Origin: Pseudodesulfovibrio piezophilus C1TLV30
GTDB taxonomy: Bacteria > Desulfobacterota > Desulfovibrionia > Desulfovibrionales > Desulfovibrionaceae
DNA: 32,000 nt
Reading direction: 5' to 3'
NCBI RefSeq assembly: GCF_000341895.1
Contig: NC_020409.1
Span: forward strand, 150,001-182,000
Shown piece after piece: positions 23,268 to 31,934 of this stretch; positions within the stretch are counted from its first letter, which is position 1; the number at the start of each line of letters is the position of its first letter. The translations under genes were made by a program, and so were the position numbers. Under the pieces are notes generated by a model. The model was not told where the DNA came from, did not search any database, and worked only from the letters and a program-made list of their open reading frames with translations.

Positions 23268-24215
23268 TTGAATCTACGTGGTCTTTTTGCCTTGGCGGCA
23301 CCCCAATCTGTGGGTGGGCAGGCGGTTATCGAAGGCGTTATGATGCGTTCAAAAGATAACCTGGCTATCGCCATTCGTAAGTCAAGCGGCGAAATTGTGA
23401 CTGAGGTCCGTCCTTGGTTCACACTGATTCGACATCCTTGGCTCAAGAAGCCTTTTTTGCGTGGATTTCCTATTCTGATTGAGACAATGGTCAATGGTAT
23501 TCAGGCGTTGAATTTTTCTGCCGTCCAAGCGGCAGATGATGACGAAGAAGATGGTGAATTAACGACGTGGCATCTGGTTTTGACGATGGTGCTGGCCTTA
23601 GGTGCTGCTCTTGGGCTATTTGTTGTGCTGCCTCATTTCTTATCTATAGGTATGGAATATCTTGGTATGGCAGGCGATGTTGAATCCTTGAGTTTTCATA
23701 TTTGGGATGGCCTGATAAAAATGGTGATTTTTGTCGGTTATATCCTGGCCATTTCCTTTATTCCTGATATTCGTCGGGTGTTTCAATACCATGGCGCTGA
23801 GCATAAGGTTATCTGGACCTGGGAAGAGGGAAAGCAATTGTCTCCTCAGTCCTCCCATTTTTATAGCCGACTTCATCCCCGCTGTGGCACAGCTTTTTTG
23901 CTTTTTGTGCTTGTTATCTCGATAATGCTCTATGCTATTCTGGTCCCATTCCTTCTGACATTTTATTCACCTGAGGTCTTTGTCCTCAAACATTTATATA
24001 TTGTCAGCATGAAATTATTTCTGATGGCACCGGTTAGTTGTATTGCGTATGAGATGATTAAATTTGCCGGGAAGTATAATAAAAGTTTCTTTTGTAAGGT
24101 CATGTGTTGGCCTGGTCTGATGATGCAGATATTGACTACCAAGGAACCGGACGACAGTCAGCTGGAAGTGGCCATTGCTGCTTTGCAGTGCGCTGTGAAC
24201 GCTGAGGAGTGCTAA
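23268..24215 (+). CDS. DUF1385-family membrane protein (usual partner of prfA-prmC)
   Basis: The N-terminal GGQAVIEGVMMRS signature, a YHGAEHK motif, and several TM helices. TTG start lies 7 nt after GGAGGG. Confidence 0.8.
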   Translation: MNLRGLFALAAPQSVGGQAVIEGVMMRSKDNLAIAIRKSSGEIVTEVRPWFTLIRHPWLKKPFLRGFPILIETMVNGIQALNFSAVQAADDDEEDGELTTWHLVLTMVLALGAALGLFVVLPHFLSIGMEYLGMAGDVESLSFHIWDGLIKMVIFVGYILAISFIPDIRRVFQYHGAEHKVIWTWEEGKQLSPQSSHFYSRLHPRCGTAFLLFVLVISIMLYAILVPFLLTFYSPEVFVLKHLYIVSMKLFLMAPVSCIAYEMIKFAGKYNKSFFCKVMCWPGLMMQILTTKEPDDSQLEVAIAALQCAVNAEEC

Positions 24216-24218
24216 AAT

Positions 24219-25286
24219 ATGTTTGGCAAGCTTGAAGAAATCGAAGTGAAATATATGCAATTGGAGCAGGAGCTTGCCGAGCCTGGTATTTTTAATGACC
24301 AGGAGCGATACAAGAAGGTTTCCAAAGCGCATGCTGATTTGGGAGATATAGTCAAAGTCTTTCGGGACTATAAGGTCGTTTCCCAGGAAATTGGCAATAA
24401 CAGAGAAATGCTGGATGACGCAGATGAAGATATCCGCGAAATGGCCAAAGCAGAGATAGAAGAGCTTGAGCCACAATTGCCTCTTCTGGAGGCGAAACTG
24501 AAAGTGCTGCTTCTGCCTAAAGACCCTATGGATGAAAAGAATATTATTCTTGAAATCCGGGCAGGTACGGGGGGAGATGAAGCTGCGCTTTTTGCAGCCG
24601 ATCTGTACCGCATGTATACTCGATATGCGGAAGAGAACAGGTGGAAAGTTGAGGAAATGAGTTCCAACTCAACAGGTTCTGGTGGGCTCAAGGAAGTCAT
24701 AGCTTCAATCGCAGGCGACAAAGTCTATAGCAAGCTTAAGTATGAGTCTGGGACACATAGAGTTCAACGTGTCCCAGCGACAGAGTCGCAGGGACGCATT
24801 CATACATCCGCAGTGACAGTCGCCATTATGGCTGAAGCTGAAGAAGTTGATATCGACATTAGAAATGAAGACCTGAGAGTTGATGTCTTTCGTGCCTCTG
24901 GCCCCGGCGGGCAGTCAGTCAACACAACAGACTCTGCAATTCGTATTACACATGTGCCAACAGGCTTAGTTGTTATTTGTCAGGATGAAAAATCGCAGCA
25001 TAAAAATAAAGCCAAGGCTATGAAAGTTTTGCGTTCCAGATTATTGCAATTGGAACAGGATAAGGCCAAGGCAGAGGAAGATGCAGCGCGGCGTAGTCAG
25101 GTCGGTACAGGAGATCGTTCCGAGCGTATCAGGACATATAATTTCCCCCAAGGACGCGTTTCTGACCATCGCATCAATTTGACCTTGCATAAGTTGCCGC
25201 AGGTCATGGAAGGAGAACTTGCCGAATTGACTGATGCGCTCATCAGCCACTATCAATCTGAAGCCATGAAGCGGCAGGGCGAATAG
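24219..25286 (+). CDS. prfA: peptide chain release factor 1
   Basis: PAT tripeptide context ([10 protein letters not shown]) and GGQ motif ([11 protein letters not shown]). 355 aa. Confidence 0.95.
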   Translation: MFGKLEEIEVKYMQLEQELAEPGIFNDQERYKKVSKAHADLGDIVKVFRDYKVVSQEIGNNREMLDDADEDIREMAKAEIEELEPQLPLLEAKLKVLLLPKDPMDEKNIILEIRAGTGGDEAALFAADLYRMYTRYAEENRWKVEEMSSNSTGSGGLKEVIASIAGDKVYSKLKYESGTHRVQRVPATESQGRIHTSAVTVAIMAEAEEVDIDIRNEDLRVDVFRASGPGGQSVNTTDSAIRITHVPTGLVVICQDEKSQHKNKAKAMKVLRSRLLQLEQDKAKAEEDAARRSQVGTGDRSERIRTYNFPQGRVSDHRINLTLHKLPQVMEGELAELTDALISHYQSEAMKRQGE

Positions 25287-25306
25287 CCTTGCCGGGGTGT
25301 GGCGCG

Positions 25307-26161
25307 ATGACCCCATCTATTCTCGAAATTCTCAAGACAAGTGAAGCACGTCTTGGAAATGTTGATTCTCCTCGACTTAGCGCGGAGGTTATCATTTCCG
25401 AGGTGCTTCATTGTTCGCGAATATCTCTCGTTCTTGAGCGGGACAAGAGTGTCTCCCCAACTGATCTCGAATGTATTTTTTCTTTGGTAGAGAGGCGTGC
25501 CAAGGGTGAGCCTCTCGCATACTTGCTCGGTAATAGAGAGTTTTATGGGCTGGATTTCAAGGTTGACTCCTCAACACTCATTCCACGCCCTGAAACGGAA
25601 CATATTATTGAGGAGGTCACGAAAAGCTTCGACGCTGAGGCTTCGCTCTCTTTTGCCGACCTGGGCACGGGGTCAGGAGCGATAGCGGTAACCTTGGCTA
25701 CTCTTTTCGAACACGCAAAGGGCATAGCTGTTGATCTTAGCTTGGATGCACTTCGTGTGGCAAAAAAGAATGCTCTCTTACACGGAGTGGAGCAGCGAAT
25801 AGCCTTTCTTCTTGGGGATTTTATGGAGCCCTTGTTCAAGGCGCAGTCTTTAGATTTCATTGTGTCCAATCCTCCCTACGTTCCGCAGGATGAATATGAT
25901 GGAGCGAGTTTTGAGGTTACAAAGTTTGAACCTCTTACGGCTTTGGTCAGCGGAGTTGATGGACTTGACCATATTAAAGCACTTTTGCCACAAATTGAAA
26001 TGGGATTAAAGCAAAACGGGCTGGCTTTTTTGGAGATTGGTTTTCAGCAGGCCGAAGCTGTTGGACAGTTTCTCAAGACAGATGTCCACGGGCTTTGTCT
26101 GGTTGATGTCGTTCAAGACTTGGCTGGGCATGATCGGGTACTCAAGCTGCAGAAAAAATAA
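25307..26161 (+). CDS. prmC: release-factor glutamine N5-methyltransferase (PrmC/HemK)
   Basis: GEPLAYLLGNREFYGL, FADLGTGSGAIA and VSNPPYV. I prefer ATG 25307 to the listed upstream start. Confidence 0.9.
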   Translation: MTPSILEILKTSEARLGNVDSPRLSAEVIISEVLHCSRISLVLERDKSVSPTDLECIFSLVERRAKGEPLAYLLGNREFYGLDFKVDSSTLIPRPETEHIIEEVTKSFDAEASLSFADLGTGSGAIAVTLATLFEHAKGIAVDLSLDALRVAKKNALLHGVEQRIAFLLGDFMEPLFKAQSLDFIVSNPPYVPQDEYDGASFEVTKFEPLTALVSGVDGLDHIKALLPQIEMGLKQNGLAFLEIGFQQAEAVGQFLKTDVHGLCLVDVVQDLAGHDRVLKLQKK

Positions 26162-26340
26162 TCTCAAAAAAACTACAAGTCATAAATTCTGTTGTTGTAA
26201 AAATACAAGATGTTGCGAGAATACAACACATGTCTAGATTTTTTTGCGACAAAAAAAGTATATAAATTCAAAGCATTACCTCTAATTATAGGAGTGGCAT
26301 TAAAATTGCTATATGAATGTGGTTATCAATCGGAGGAATA

Positions 26341-27261
26341 ATGCTACAGACTACCATACATAAATCAGTACGTTGCACAGGGATCGGTTTGCACAGTGGC
26401 AAACAAGTAGAATTAGTCCTTCGCCCAGCTGCTGAAGATACTGGAATCCTCTTTTCACTTCGTAATGATTCCGGTTCTACCTTTCTGACACCTGCTCCCT
26501 CGTTGGTTGTTGAAACCGGGCTGGCCACTGTCTTGGGTGACGGGCGGGAAACGGTTGCGACCGTTGAACATCTTCTTGCATCTGTCAGTGGTATGGGGAT
26601 TGATAATATTCATATTGAAGTCACTGGCAAAGAACTTCCTATTATGGATGGGAGTGCTGCTTCATTTGTTTACCTGCTGAAACAAGCTGGCAAGCGACAG
26701 TTGGGTAAGCCTCGAAATGTCTTGGCTATCAAGAAGCCTGTTGATTTTGAGCAGGATGGTAAGTTTATCAAAGCGCGGCCGCATGACGGCTTTTGTGTGA
26801 ATTATACGATTGAGTTTGCTCATCCGCTTATTGGAACTCAACAATTGGAATTTGATCTGACTCCAGAAAATTTTGTTGCTGAGATTGCCAAGGCCAGGAC
26901 TTTTGGTTTTCTCAAGGAAGTAGATTATCTCCATGCAAATGGACTGGCCTTGGGTGGCTCTCTGGACAATGCGATTGTTCTCGATGAATATGGTGTACTC
27001 AACGCCGAGGGCTTGCGTTACAAGGATGAGTTTGTAAGACATAAGCTACTTGATTTTGTTGGTGATATGGCAATTCTTGGCGCGCCTCTTCAAGGGGCTT
27101 TTGAGGTCTTTGCTTCAGGACATGCGATGAATAATGCCTTTTTGCGTCACCTGGATAGCAATAGGAGTCTGTATCTTGAAGCGAAATCACTTGCTGCTCC
27201 TTCTTCCTCTGAAGATGCAGTTCATGAAGAGACGTTAGAACCAGCATTTGTCACTGTTTAA
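26341..27261 (+). CDS. lpxC: UDP-3-O-acyl-N-acetylglucosamine deacetylase
   Basis: MLQTTIHKSVRCTGIGLHSGKQVELVLRPA..., ATVEHLLAS, and HKLLDFVGD..GHAMN. GGAGG lies 5 nt upstream of ATG 26341. Confidence 0.95.
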   Translation: MLQTTIHKSVRCTGIGLHSGKQVELVLRPAAEDTGILFSLRNDSGSTFLTPAPSLVVETGLATVLGDGRETVATVEHLLASVSGMGIDNIHIEVTGKELPIMDGSAASFVYLLKQAGKRQLGKPRNVLAIKKPVDFEQDGKFIKARPHDGFCVNYTIEFAHPLIGTQQLEFDLTPENFVAEIAKARTFGFLKEVDYLHANGLALGGSLDNAIVLDEYGVLNAEGLRYKDEFVRHKLLDFVGDMAILGAPLQGAFEVFASGHAMNNAFLRHLDSNRSLYLEAKSLAAPSSSEDAVHEETLEPAFVTV

Positions 27262-27284
27262 TTTTTTTGTTGGAATTTGAATGT

Positions 27285-27310
27285 CCGCCTCAAGTGAGGG
27301 CATTTTTTTT
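27285..27310 (+). terminator. terminator candidate after lpxC
   Basis: A short GC stem (CCGCCTC/GAGGGC) followed by a T8 run (27303-27310). Confidence 0.45.
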
Positions 27311-27330
27311 AAAGGTTGATGAATGAATAG

Positions 27331-27362
27331 AATCCCCCAGAAACATTGGTTTCTGGGGGATT
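27331..27362. terminator. strong bidirectional hairpin between convergent lpxC and the flagellar block
   Basis: CCCCCAGAAAC (27334-27344) pairs with GTTTCTGGGGG (27349-27359), loop ATTG. Flanking A-T pairs extend the stem to 14 bp. Confidence 0.55.
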
Positions 27363-27541
27363 CTTGCTAGGATAATATTTTTTCATAATCTCTCCCGCCT
27401 TCATCGAAGGGGAGAAGAGAGCTTTTCAAGGATGTAGCCAGAGTCGTTGATAACAAAGCCACCTAACAATCCCGTCGTGAGCGATTTTCCCTAGTGTCTT
27501 TTCAGCATTTATAGAAATAGTCTCGACTTGAGTGGGATTTT

Positions 27542-28369
27542 CTATTTTCTAAACATGATTTCAGACAAAATTCCCCCATGAGAGTGCTTGGGGAGTGTGG
27601 AAATTCCAAGGCATTCACATGGCTTTGCAGAATATTGATGCAGTTGTTCTTGTAAAAAGTCTTTAAGGCTTTTGATTTTTCCAGGTCGTTGAAGCTTTGC
27701 CCTGTAGGCTGTTTTCTTTTGTTTTGAAAGAAACTCCAGACGGACCATGCCGACTCTTTCATGATCAAATTCTATTATTGATTCAATGAGTTTGGTAGAG
27801 TCCTTGCCTCGTTTTAGCACTCCCAGGTGTCTCTTTCCTAAGGGAACACACCATGGTATATAGAAGAGTTGAATTGAAAGATTTTCTGAGATTGTTTTAC
27901 CAATGTAATTCATGCACAGAATTGTATCGAGATAGTTTGCAAGAAGACGTTTGTGGTCTATGAGTTGTGTTAGGAATTGTCCTTTCCGTTCATGGGGAGG
28001 AATGTGACATAAGGAGTGTGCAGAAGCTCGAAAGGTGGACTCGAAGAGAGATCTAGCTGCTTCAAAATCTCTTGCGTGTGAGAGAATTCCAGTCTCGTTC
28101 TGGGTCGCATACCCTATCTCTTTGAGAATGATATCAGGATTCAGTTGGACAACGAGAAAGATGAGTTGTGTCCCTATGGAAGGTTTTGATCTGAGTTGGG
28201 CCAAAAGTCTATGCCCTTCGATATCGACCCATGCCATATCCTCGGAAATCCATTCGATAATGGTTCCGCGTATTTTTTGTCCTGGTTTTCTTCCCTGTTT
28301 GAAAGAATCAGATCTATTGCCCCCGCTCCCAAAGCCGAAAAATCCTGAACCAGAGTTTCGAATACGCAT
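27542..28369 (-). CDS. hypothetical protein, last gene of the flagellar operon
   Basis: 275-aa ORF, 3 nt downstream of the preceding gene. The N-terminal segment KIRGTIIEWISEDMAWVDIEGHRLLAQLRSKPSIGTQLIFLVVQL resembles a pattern I associate with FliK-like proteins (weak). Confidence 0.5.
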   Translation of the reverse strand: MRIRNSGSGFFGFGSGGNRSDSFKQGRKPGQKIRGTIIEWISEDMAWVDIEGHRLLAQLRSKPSIGTQLIFLVVQLNPDIILKEIGYATQNETGILSHARDFEAARSLFESTFRASAHSLCHIPPHERKGQFLTQLIDHKRLLANYLDTILCMNYIGKTISENLSIQLFYIPWCVPLGKRHLGVLKRGKDSTKLIESIIEFDHERVGMVRLEFLSKQKKTAYRAKLQRPGKIKSLKDFLQEQLHQYSAKPCECLGISTLPKHSHGGILSEIMFRK

Positions 28370-28372
28370 ATT

Positions 28373-28780
28373 TTATGCCTGGTCTATAATCAGTTCAACT
28401 TCTTCAAGACTCAGGCCTGTAGACTGAGCCATTTTGCTGGCAGGTTTACCAGCACGATGTCCATTCAAAATGATTTCACGCATGAATTGTGGCGATTTGC
28501 AGTAGTCGTTTGCGAGGTCGACAAGTTTTTTGAGTTCTTTACTTCTTTTTTCAACGTCTTCATTGAGTTGAACCAGTTCCCGTTGGCGCTGTTCAAATGT
28601 TGCAACAAGCTCATTTTCCAATTGGGTATTGAACTGAAGTCGCTTTATAAATTCTTCCTGTTTAGCCTGAAGGGCAGAAAGAAGGGTTTCCGATTTTCGT
28701 AAGCGAAGAAAGAACAAGACAACAATACTCAGCAGAACAATTTCACTGAGAGTAAAAAGGATAAGAAGTATATCGGACAT
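28373..28780 (-). CDS. membrane-anchored coiled-coil protein with C-terminal HTH-like tail (DUF2802-like, flagellar clusters)
   Basis: N-terminal TM LLILFTLSEIVLLSIVVLFFL, a central coiled coil, and the tail GKPASKMAQSTGLSLEEVELIIDQA. Confidence 0.5.
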   Translation of the reverse strand: MSDILLILFTLSEIVLLSIVVLFFLRLRKSETLLSALQAKQEEFIKRLQFNTQLENELVATFEQRQRELVQLNEDVEKRSKELKKLVDLANDYCKSPQFMREIILNGHRAGKPASKMAQSTGLSLEEVELIIDQA

Positions 28781-28870
28781 ATGAGGCTCGTCTGTTACGT
28801 GTTTGATTACACTAGTGGCAAGGGATGAGAGTTCAACTCTTTATCATTTCGAGAAAGAAAACTCACATTG

Positions 28871-29197
28871 TTAAATCTTAACGTCAACGATGTTCCCTGA
28901 CCATGGAGAATGATTTGACGTTTCCGTTTCGAGCTGCTCATCTGTGTCTTCTTGTTGAGGATGTCTTTCTGAGAGTGTTTGTTGGTTCGCCCCTCTTCCA
29001 TCCTGATCAACTTGGGAAAGGCGTTGCTTTTTGTCAACCTGTTGAACTTTGCCTTGTTTTTTCTTGAGCTGCTCTTGAAGGAGGGGACCAAAAATTTGTT
29101 TTTCAATTTCTGGTTTGGCTTTTTCGGCGTGCGCAAGCCTCGCAACATAAGGAAGTTGTGAAATCAGGATCGGAAGATCAAGTGGAGTAGAACTCAT
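28871..29197 (-). CDS. hypothetical Gln/Lys/Glu-rich protein in flagellar operon
   Basis: 108-aa ORF starting 3 nt after the fliL stop. No family recognised. I prefer it to the overlapping ORF 28807..29148. Confidence 0.4.
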   Translation of the reverse strand: MSSTPLDLPILISQLPYVARLAHAEKAKPEIEKQIFGPLLQEQLKKKQGKVQQVDKKQRLSQVDQDGRGANQQTLSERHPQQEDTDEQLETETSNHSPWSGNIVDVKI

Positions 29198-29200
29198 AAT

Positions 29201-29935
29201 CTACCTCACGAGGTATTGTTCAAATAGAAGGGTATCAAACTGACCAAAGCCCATGTATTGGTTGATGATGGCCAAAAGTTCCTTCTTGAGTTTATCGCTA
29301 TTATTCTTATCGGACAAGAACTGTAAATCCTTATTTTTCAAGTAGTAGAACAGTGCGTTACGGACAGTGTATGTCTCTTGTTTAAACTGCCTTGCCAATC
29401 CGTCTTCCAATGTGCTGACGACTATCCTTACTTCAAGAAAACGTATCGTATTGTCTTTGTCTCTTTGTTCGATAAGAAACGGATCAAGGCGAATGAGAAT
29501 TTCTGGAGTTTCTTCCACAACTTCTTCAGGGATGATTTCCTGTTGAACAGGTTCTTCCACTTGGGGGGGAGGGGGCGGTGGTGATTCTGTTTCTTCTGGC
29601 GAACGGAAAAGGAGGATTATTATTACAACTATTAGGAGGAGGATGATCCCACCAAATGCGAGAACCATTTTATTCTTCAAAAGGGATTTGAAATCAAATC
29701 CGCTTTTCTTTTTTTCTTCGAGAAGAGGAGTTTCCTCTTCGCTGAAGGCTAACTCATCCTCTTCTTCCTCTTCATCTTCCAGGAAGGGAGCATCGTCCAA
29801 GTCGAGATCGACTTTTTGCGTGGCTTTGCTTGCTTCTCCATCATCCAATTGCGCTTTTGGCTGCCCGGAATCATCAGAAGTTCCAAAAACTTCTTCAGCT
29901 AAATCTTCTGAGTCATCCGGGACTAGCAGGACCAT
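29201..29935 (-). CDS. fliL: flagellar basal-body-associated protein FliL with long acidic N-terminal extension
   Basis: A single TM (MVLAFGGIILLLIVVIIILLF). The C-terminal domain ILIRLDPFLIEQRD...IRFLEVRIVVSTLE...LKKELLAIINQYM is FliL-like. Confidence 0.7.
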   Translation of the reverse strand: MVLLVPDDSEDLAEEVFGTSDDSGQPKAQLDDGEASKATQKVDLDLDDAPFLEDEEEEEDELAFSEEETPLLEEKKKSGFDFKSLLKNKMVLAFGGIILLLIVVIIILLFRSPEETESPPPPPPQVEEPVQQEIIPEEVVEETPEILIRLDPFLIEQRDKDNTIRFLEVRIVVSTLEDGLARQFKQETYTVRNALFYYLKNKDLQFLSDKNNSDKLKKELLAIINQYMGFGQFDTLLFEQYLVR

Positions 29936-29958
29936 GTTTATTGCCTGACAGGCTGATG

Positions 29959-30339
29959 TTAAGCGAAGATTTTATCGATCTTCTGGCCCAGAGTCTCAGG
30001 AGTAAAGGGCTTCACTATATAGTTTGAGACCTTGGCCTGAACTGCCTCAATGATATTTTCCTGCTGAGCTTCTGCGGTGACCATCAAGAAGGGAATATCT
30101 GCATATTCTTCGCTTGCTCGAACCTTGCGCAGAAGGTCAATGCCAGACATCGTAGGCATATTCCAATCAGAAACAATGAAGTCAATGTTATCTTTGTTGA
30201 GAACTTCCCAAGCAGTGGAGCCGTCGTCAGCTTCGACTATATTGGTAAAACCAAGCTGGCGCAGAATGTTTTTCACGATCTTGCGCATAGTGGAAAAGTC
30301 GTCGACAACAAGAACGCGCATGCTTTTATCATAGCTCAT
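29959..30339 (-). CDS. cheY: chemotaxis response regulator CheY
   Basis: 126 aa. Motifs are VVDDFSTMR, FIVSDWNMP, LMVTAEA and IVKPF. Confidence 0.9.
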   Translation of the reverse strand: MSYDKSMRVLVVDDFSTMRKIVKNILRQLGFTNIVEADDGSTAWEVLNKDNIDFIVSDWNMPTMSGIDLLRKVRASEEYADIPFLMVTAEAQQENIIEAVQAKVSNYIVKPFTPETLGQKIDKIFA

Positions 30340-30362
30340 GGGGTGTCTCCTTTGTGCATAGC

Positions 30363-31148
30363 CTACTCGTTTTCGTAACGAGCTCTGAACGTTTTTCTCA
30401 ATTTTATCAAGGCTTGGGAATGAAGTTGTGAAACACGGCCCTCTGTTATATCCATAACTTCCGCAGTTTCTTTCATATTCAATTCCTCGCCGTAGTATAA
30501 AGATATGACCAATTTTTCCCTTGGCGTCAATTCCTCAATGAGATTGGCTACTTTGTCAACAATCTCTTGAAAAGCTGTTGATTGAAATGGTTCATCGTCA
30601 GTCATGCTTTTCCGGCTGACCATGTTCTCATGGAACGTATCAAGACTCAGGCACATCTGGTTGTGCAGAGCCTCCAGACCTTGCTGTACTTCCTTTTCAG
30701 ACATCCCTGTATGGGCTTGTAATTGTTCTGAAGTAGCTGGAAAACCCGTGTCGTGTTCGATGTGCCGCTGAGCATCCTCCAGAACTTTGACTTTTTGCCT
30801 CAGACCTCGTGAGAACCAATCCATGCGGCGCAATTCATCAAGCATTGCCCCTTTTATTCGATTTTCCGAATAGGTGTCGAACTTGATACCCAGTTCGGGG
30901 TTGAATTTTCCCAAAGCGTCAAGCAACCCAAGGCTCCCTGCGCTGATGAGTTCGTTAAGCTCAACACTTTGTGGCAGTTTCGCCTTGAGGCGCAGGGCGA
31001 GTATGCGGATTTTGGGCGCGTAGAAGCGGACGATATTCTCCCGGTCTCTTGGGGAGAAATCGTCCCAACGCTTGGCGCCCTGCTCCAGTTCACGCCACGG
31101 ATCGTTCTTGGAAGAGGAGTTTCTTCCAGAAGAATTTAATATTGCCAT
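30363..31148 (-). CDS. fliA: flagellar sigma factor sigma-28
   Basis: Region 2 (DELISAGSLGLLDALGKFNP...YSENRIKGAMLDELR) and the region 4.2 HTH (LNMKETAEVMDITEGRVSQLHSQALIKLR). It lies downstream of flhG. Confidence 0.9.
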   Translation of the reverse strand: MAILNSSGRNSSSKNDPWRELEQGAKRWDDFSPRDRENIVRFYAPKIRILALRLKAKLPQSVELNELISAGSLGLLDALGKFNPELGIKFDTYSENRIKGAMLDELRRMDWFSRGLRQKVKVLEDAQRHIEHDTGFPATSEQLQAHTGMSEKEVQQGLEALHNQMCLSLDTFHENMVSRKSMTDDEPFQSTAFQEIVDKVANLIEELTPREKLVISLYYGEELNMKETAEVMDITEGRVSQLHSQALIKLRKTFRARYENE

Positions 31149-31917
31149 CAGTATTAGGTTTTACTTGCCATGCGTTAAGTTTCTGCGCGGTTTGACGTAC
31201 CGCAGTACTAGCCGGTGTTCTGGGAAATTTGTGACAAAATGGAGTTTGTGCAATGACCGAGTTACGGACGTTTGGATCGAAAGGAATGAATCCGACAAGA
31301 TCAAGAGAAATACCGTCAAGAAAATGATCACATGCATTGAGCAGTTTGATGTAAACGTCTTTCGCTGTTTTCTTGTCTTTAACCATATTGACCAAAACAC
31401 GGAACCTTTCGACCCCATGTTGGAGTTTGAGCACCTTTATGAGGGCATAAGCATCTGTCAATGAAGTCGGCTCAGGAGTAATGACCAGTAGACGCTCCTG
31501 AACTGCCAGATTAAAATAGAGGACATTGTCATTGATGCCTGCTCCCGTGTCTACAATGAGGTAATCAACACTCTCTTCAAGCGTGTCCATGGCATCAAGC
31601 AGGTCAATTTTTTGTCCCTTGTCCAAGTCTACCATATCACTGACGCCTGAGGAAGCAGGAAGAATGCTGAATCCATAGGGTGTCTGGTGTAATATCTTTT
31701 CCAGTGTCATATCCTCGTGGAAGAGATGGAAAAGGTTATGCTCCGGTGCAAGGCCCAGAATGACGTCGACATTCGCCAAGCCGAGATCGGCATCAAGCAA
31801 GACTACGTTTTTTCCAGCTGCGCTGAGAGAGTAAGCCAGGTTGACTGACATATTGGTTTTTCCCACCCCACCTTTGCCTGAGGTGACGGAAAGAACCATG
31901 GGGAAGTTGGAAGTCAT
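31090..31917 (-). CDS. flhG: MinD/ParA-type flagellar number regulator FlhG (FleN/YlxH)
   Basis: Deviant Walker A SGKGGVGKT and a C-terminal amphipathic helix NIKFFWKKLLFQ. ATG 31917 is preceded by AAGGAG. Confidence 0.85.
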   Translation of the reverse strand: MTSNFPMVLSVTSGKGGVGKTNMSVNLAYSLSAAGKNVVLLDADLGLANVDVILGLAPEHNLFHLFHEDMTLEKILHQTPYGFSILPASSGVSDMVDLDKGQKIDLLDAMDTLEESVDYLIVDTGAGINDNVLYFNLAVQERLLVITPEPTSLTDAYALIKVLKLQHGVERFRVLVNMVKDKKTAKDVYIKLLNACDHFLDGISLDLVGFIPFDPNVRNSVIAQTPFCHKFPRTPASTAVRQTAQKLNAWQVKPNTDGNIKFFWKKLLFQERSVA

Positions 31918-31934
31918 GGCGTAATCGTATCTCC

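Noticed and set aside
26162-26340. AT-rich lpxC upstream region with a T7-GCGAC-A7 palindrome and two TTGCGA motifs as a possible regulatory element or repeat
   Set aside because: The stems are A/T-only and short, and the promoter-like hexamers have poor spacing. It is indistinguishable from generic AT-rich intergenic DNA by eye.
28807-29148. Alternative 113-aa ORF overlapping the 108-aa flagellar-operon ORF
   Set aside because: It is a Lys/Asn/Ser-rich low-complexity translation, and its start is not positioned relative to fliL. The other frame starts 3 nt after the fliL stop.
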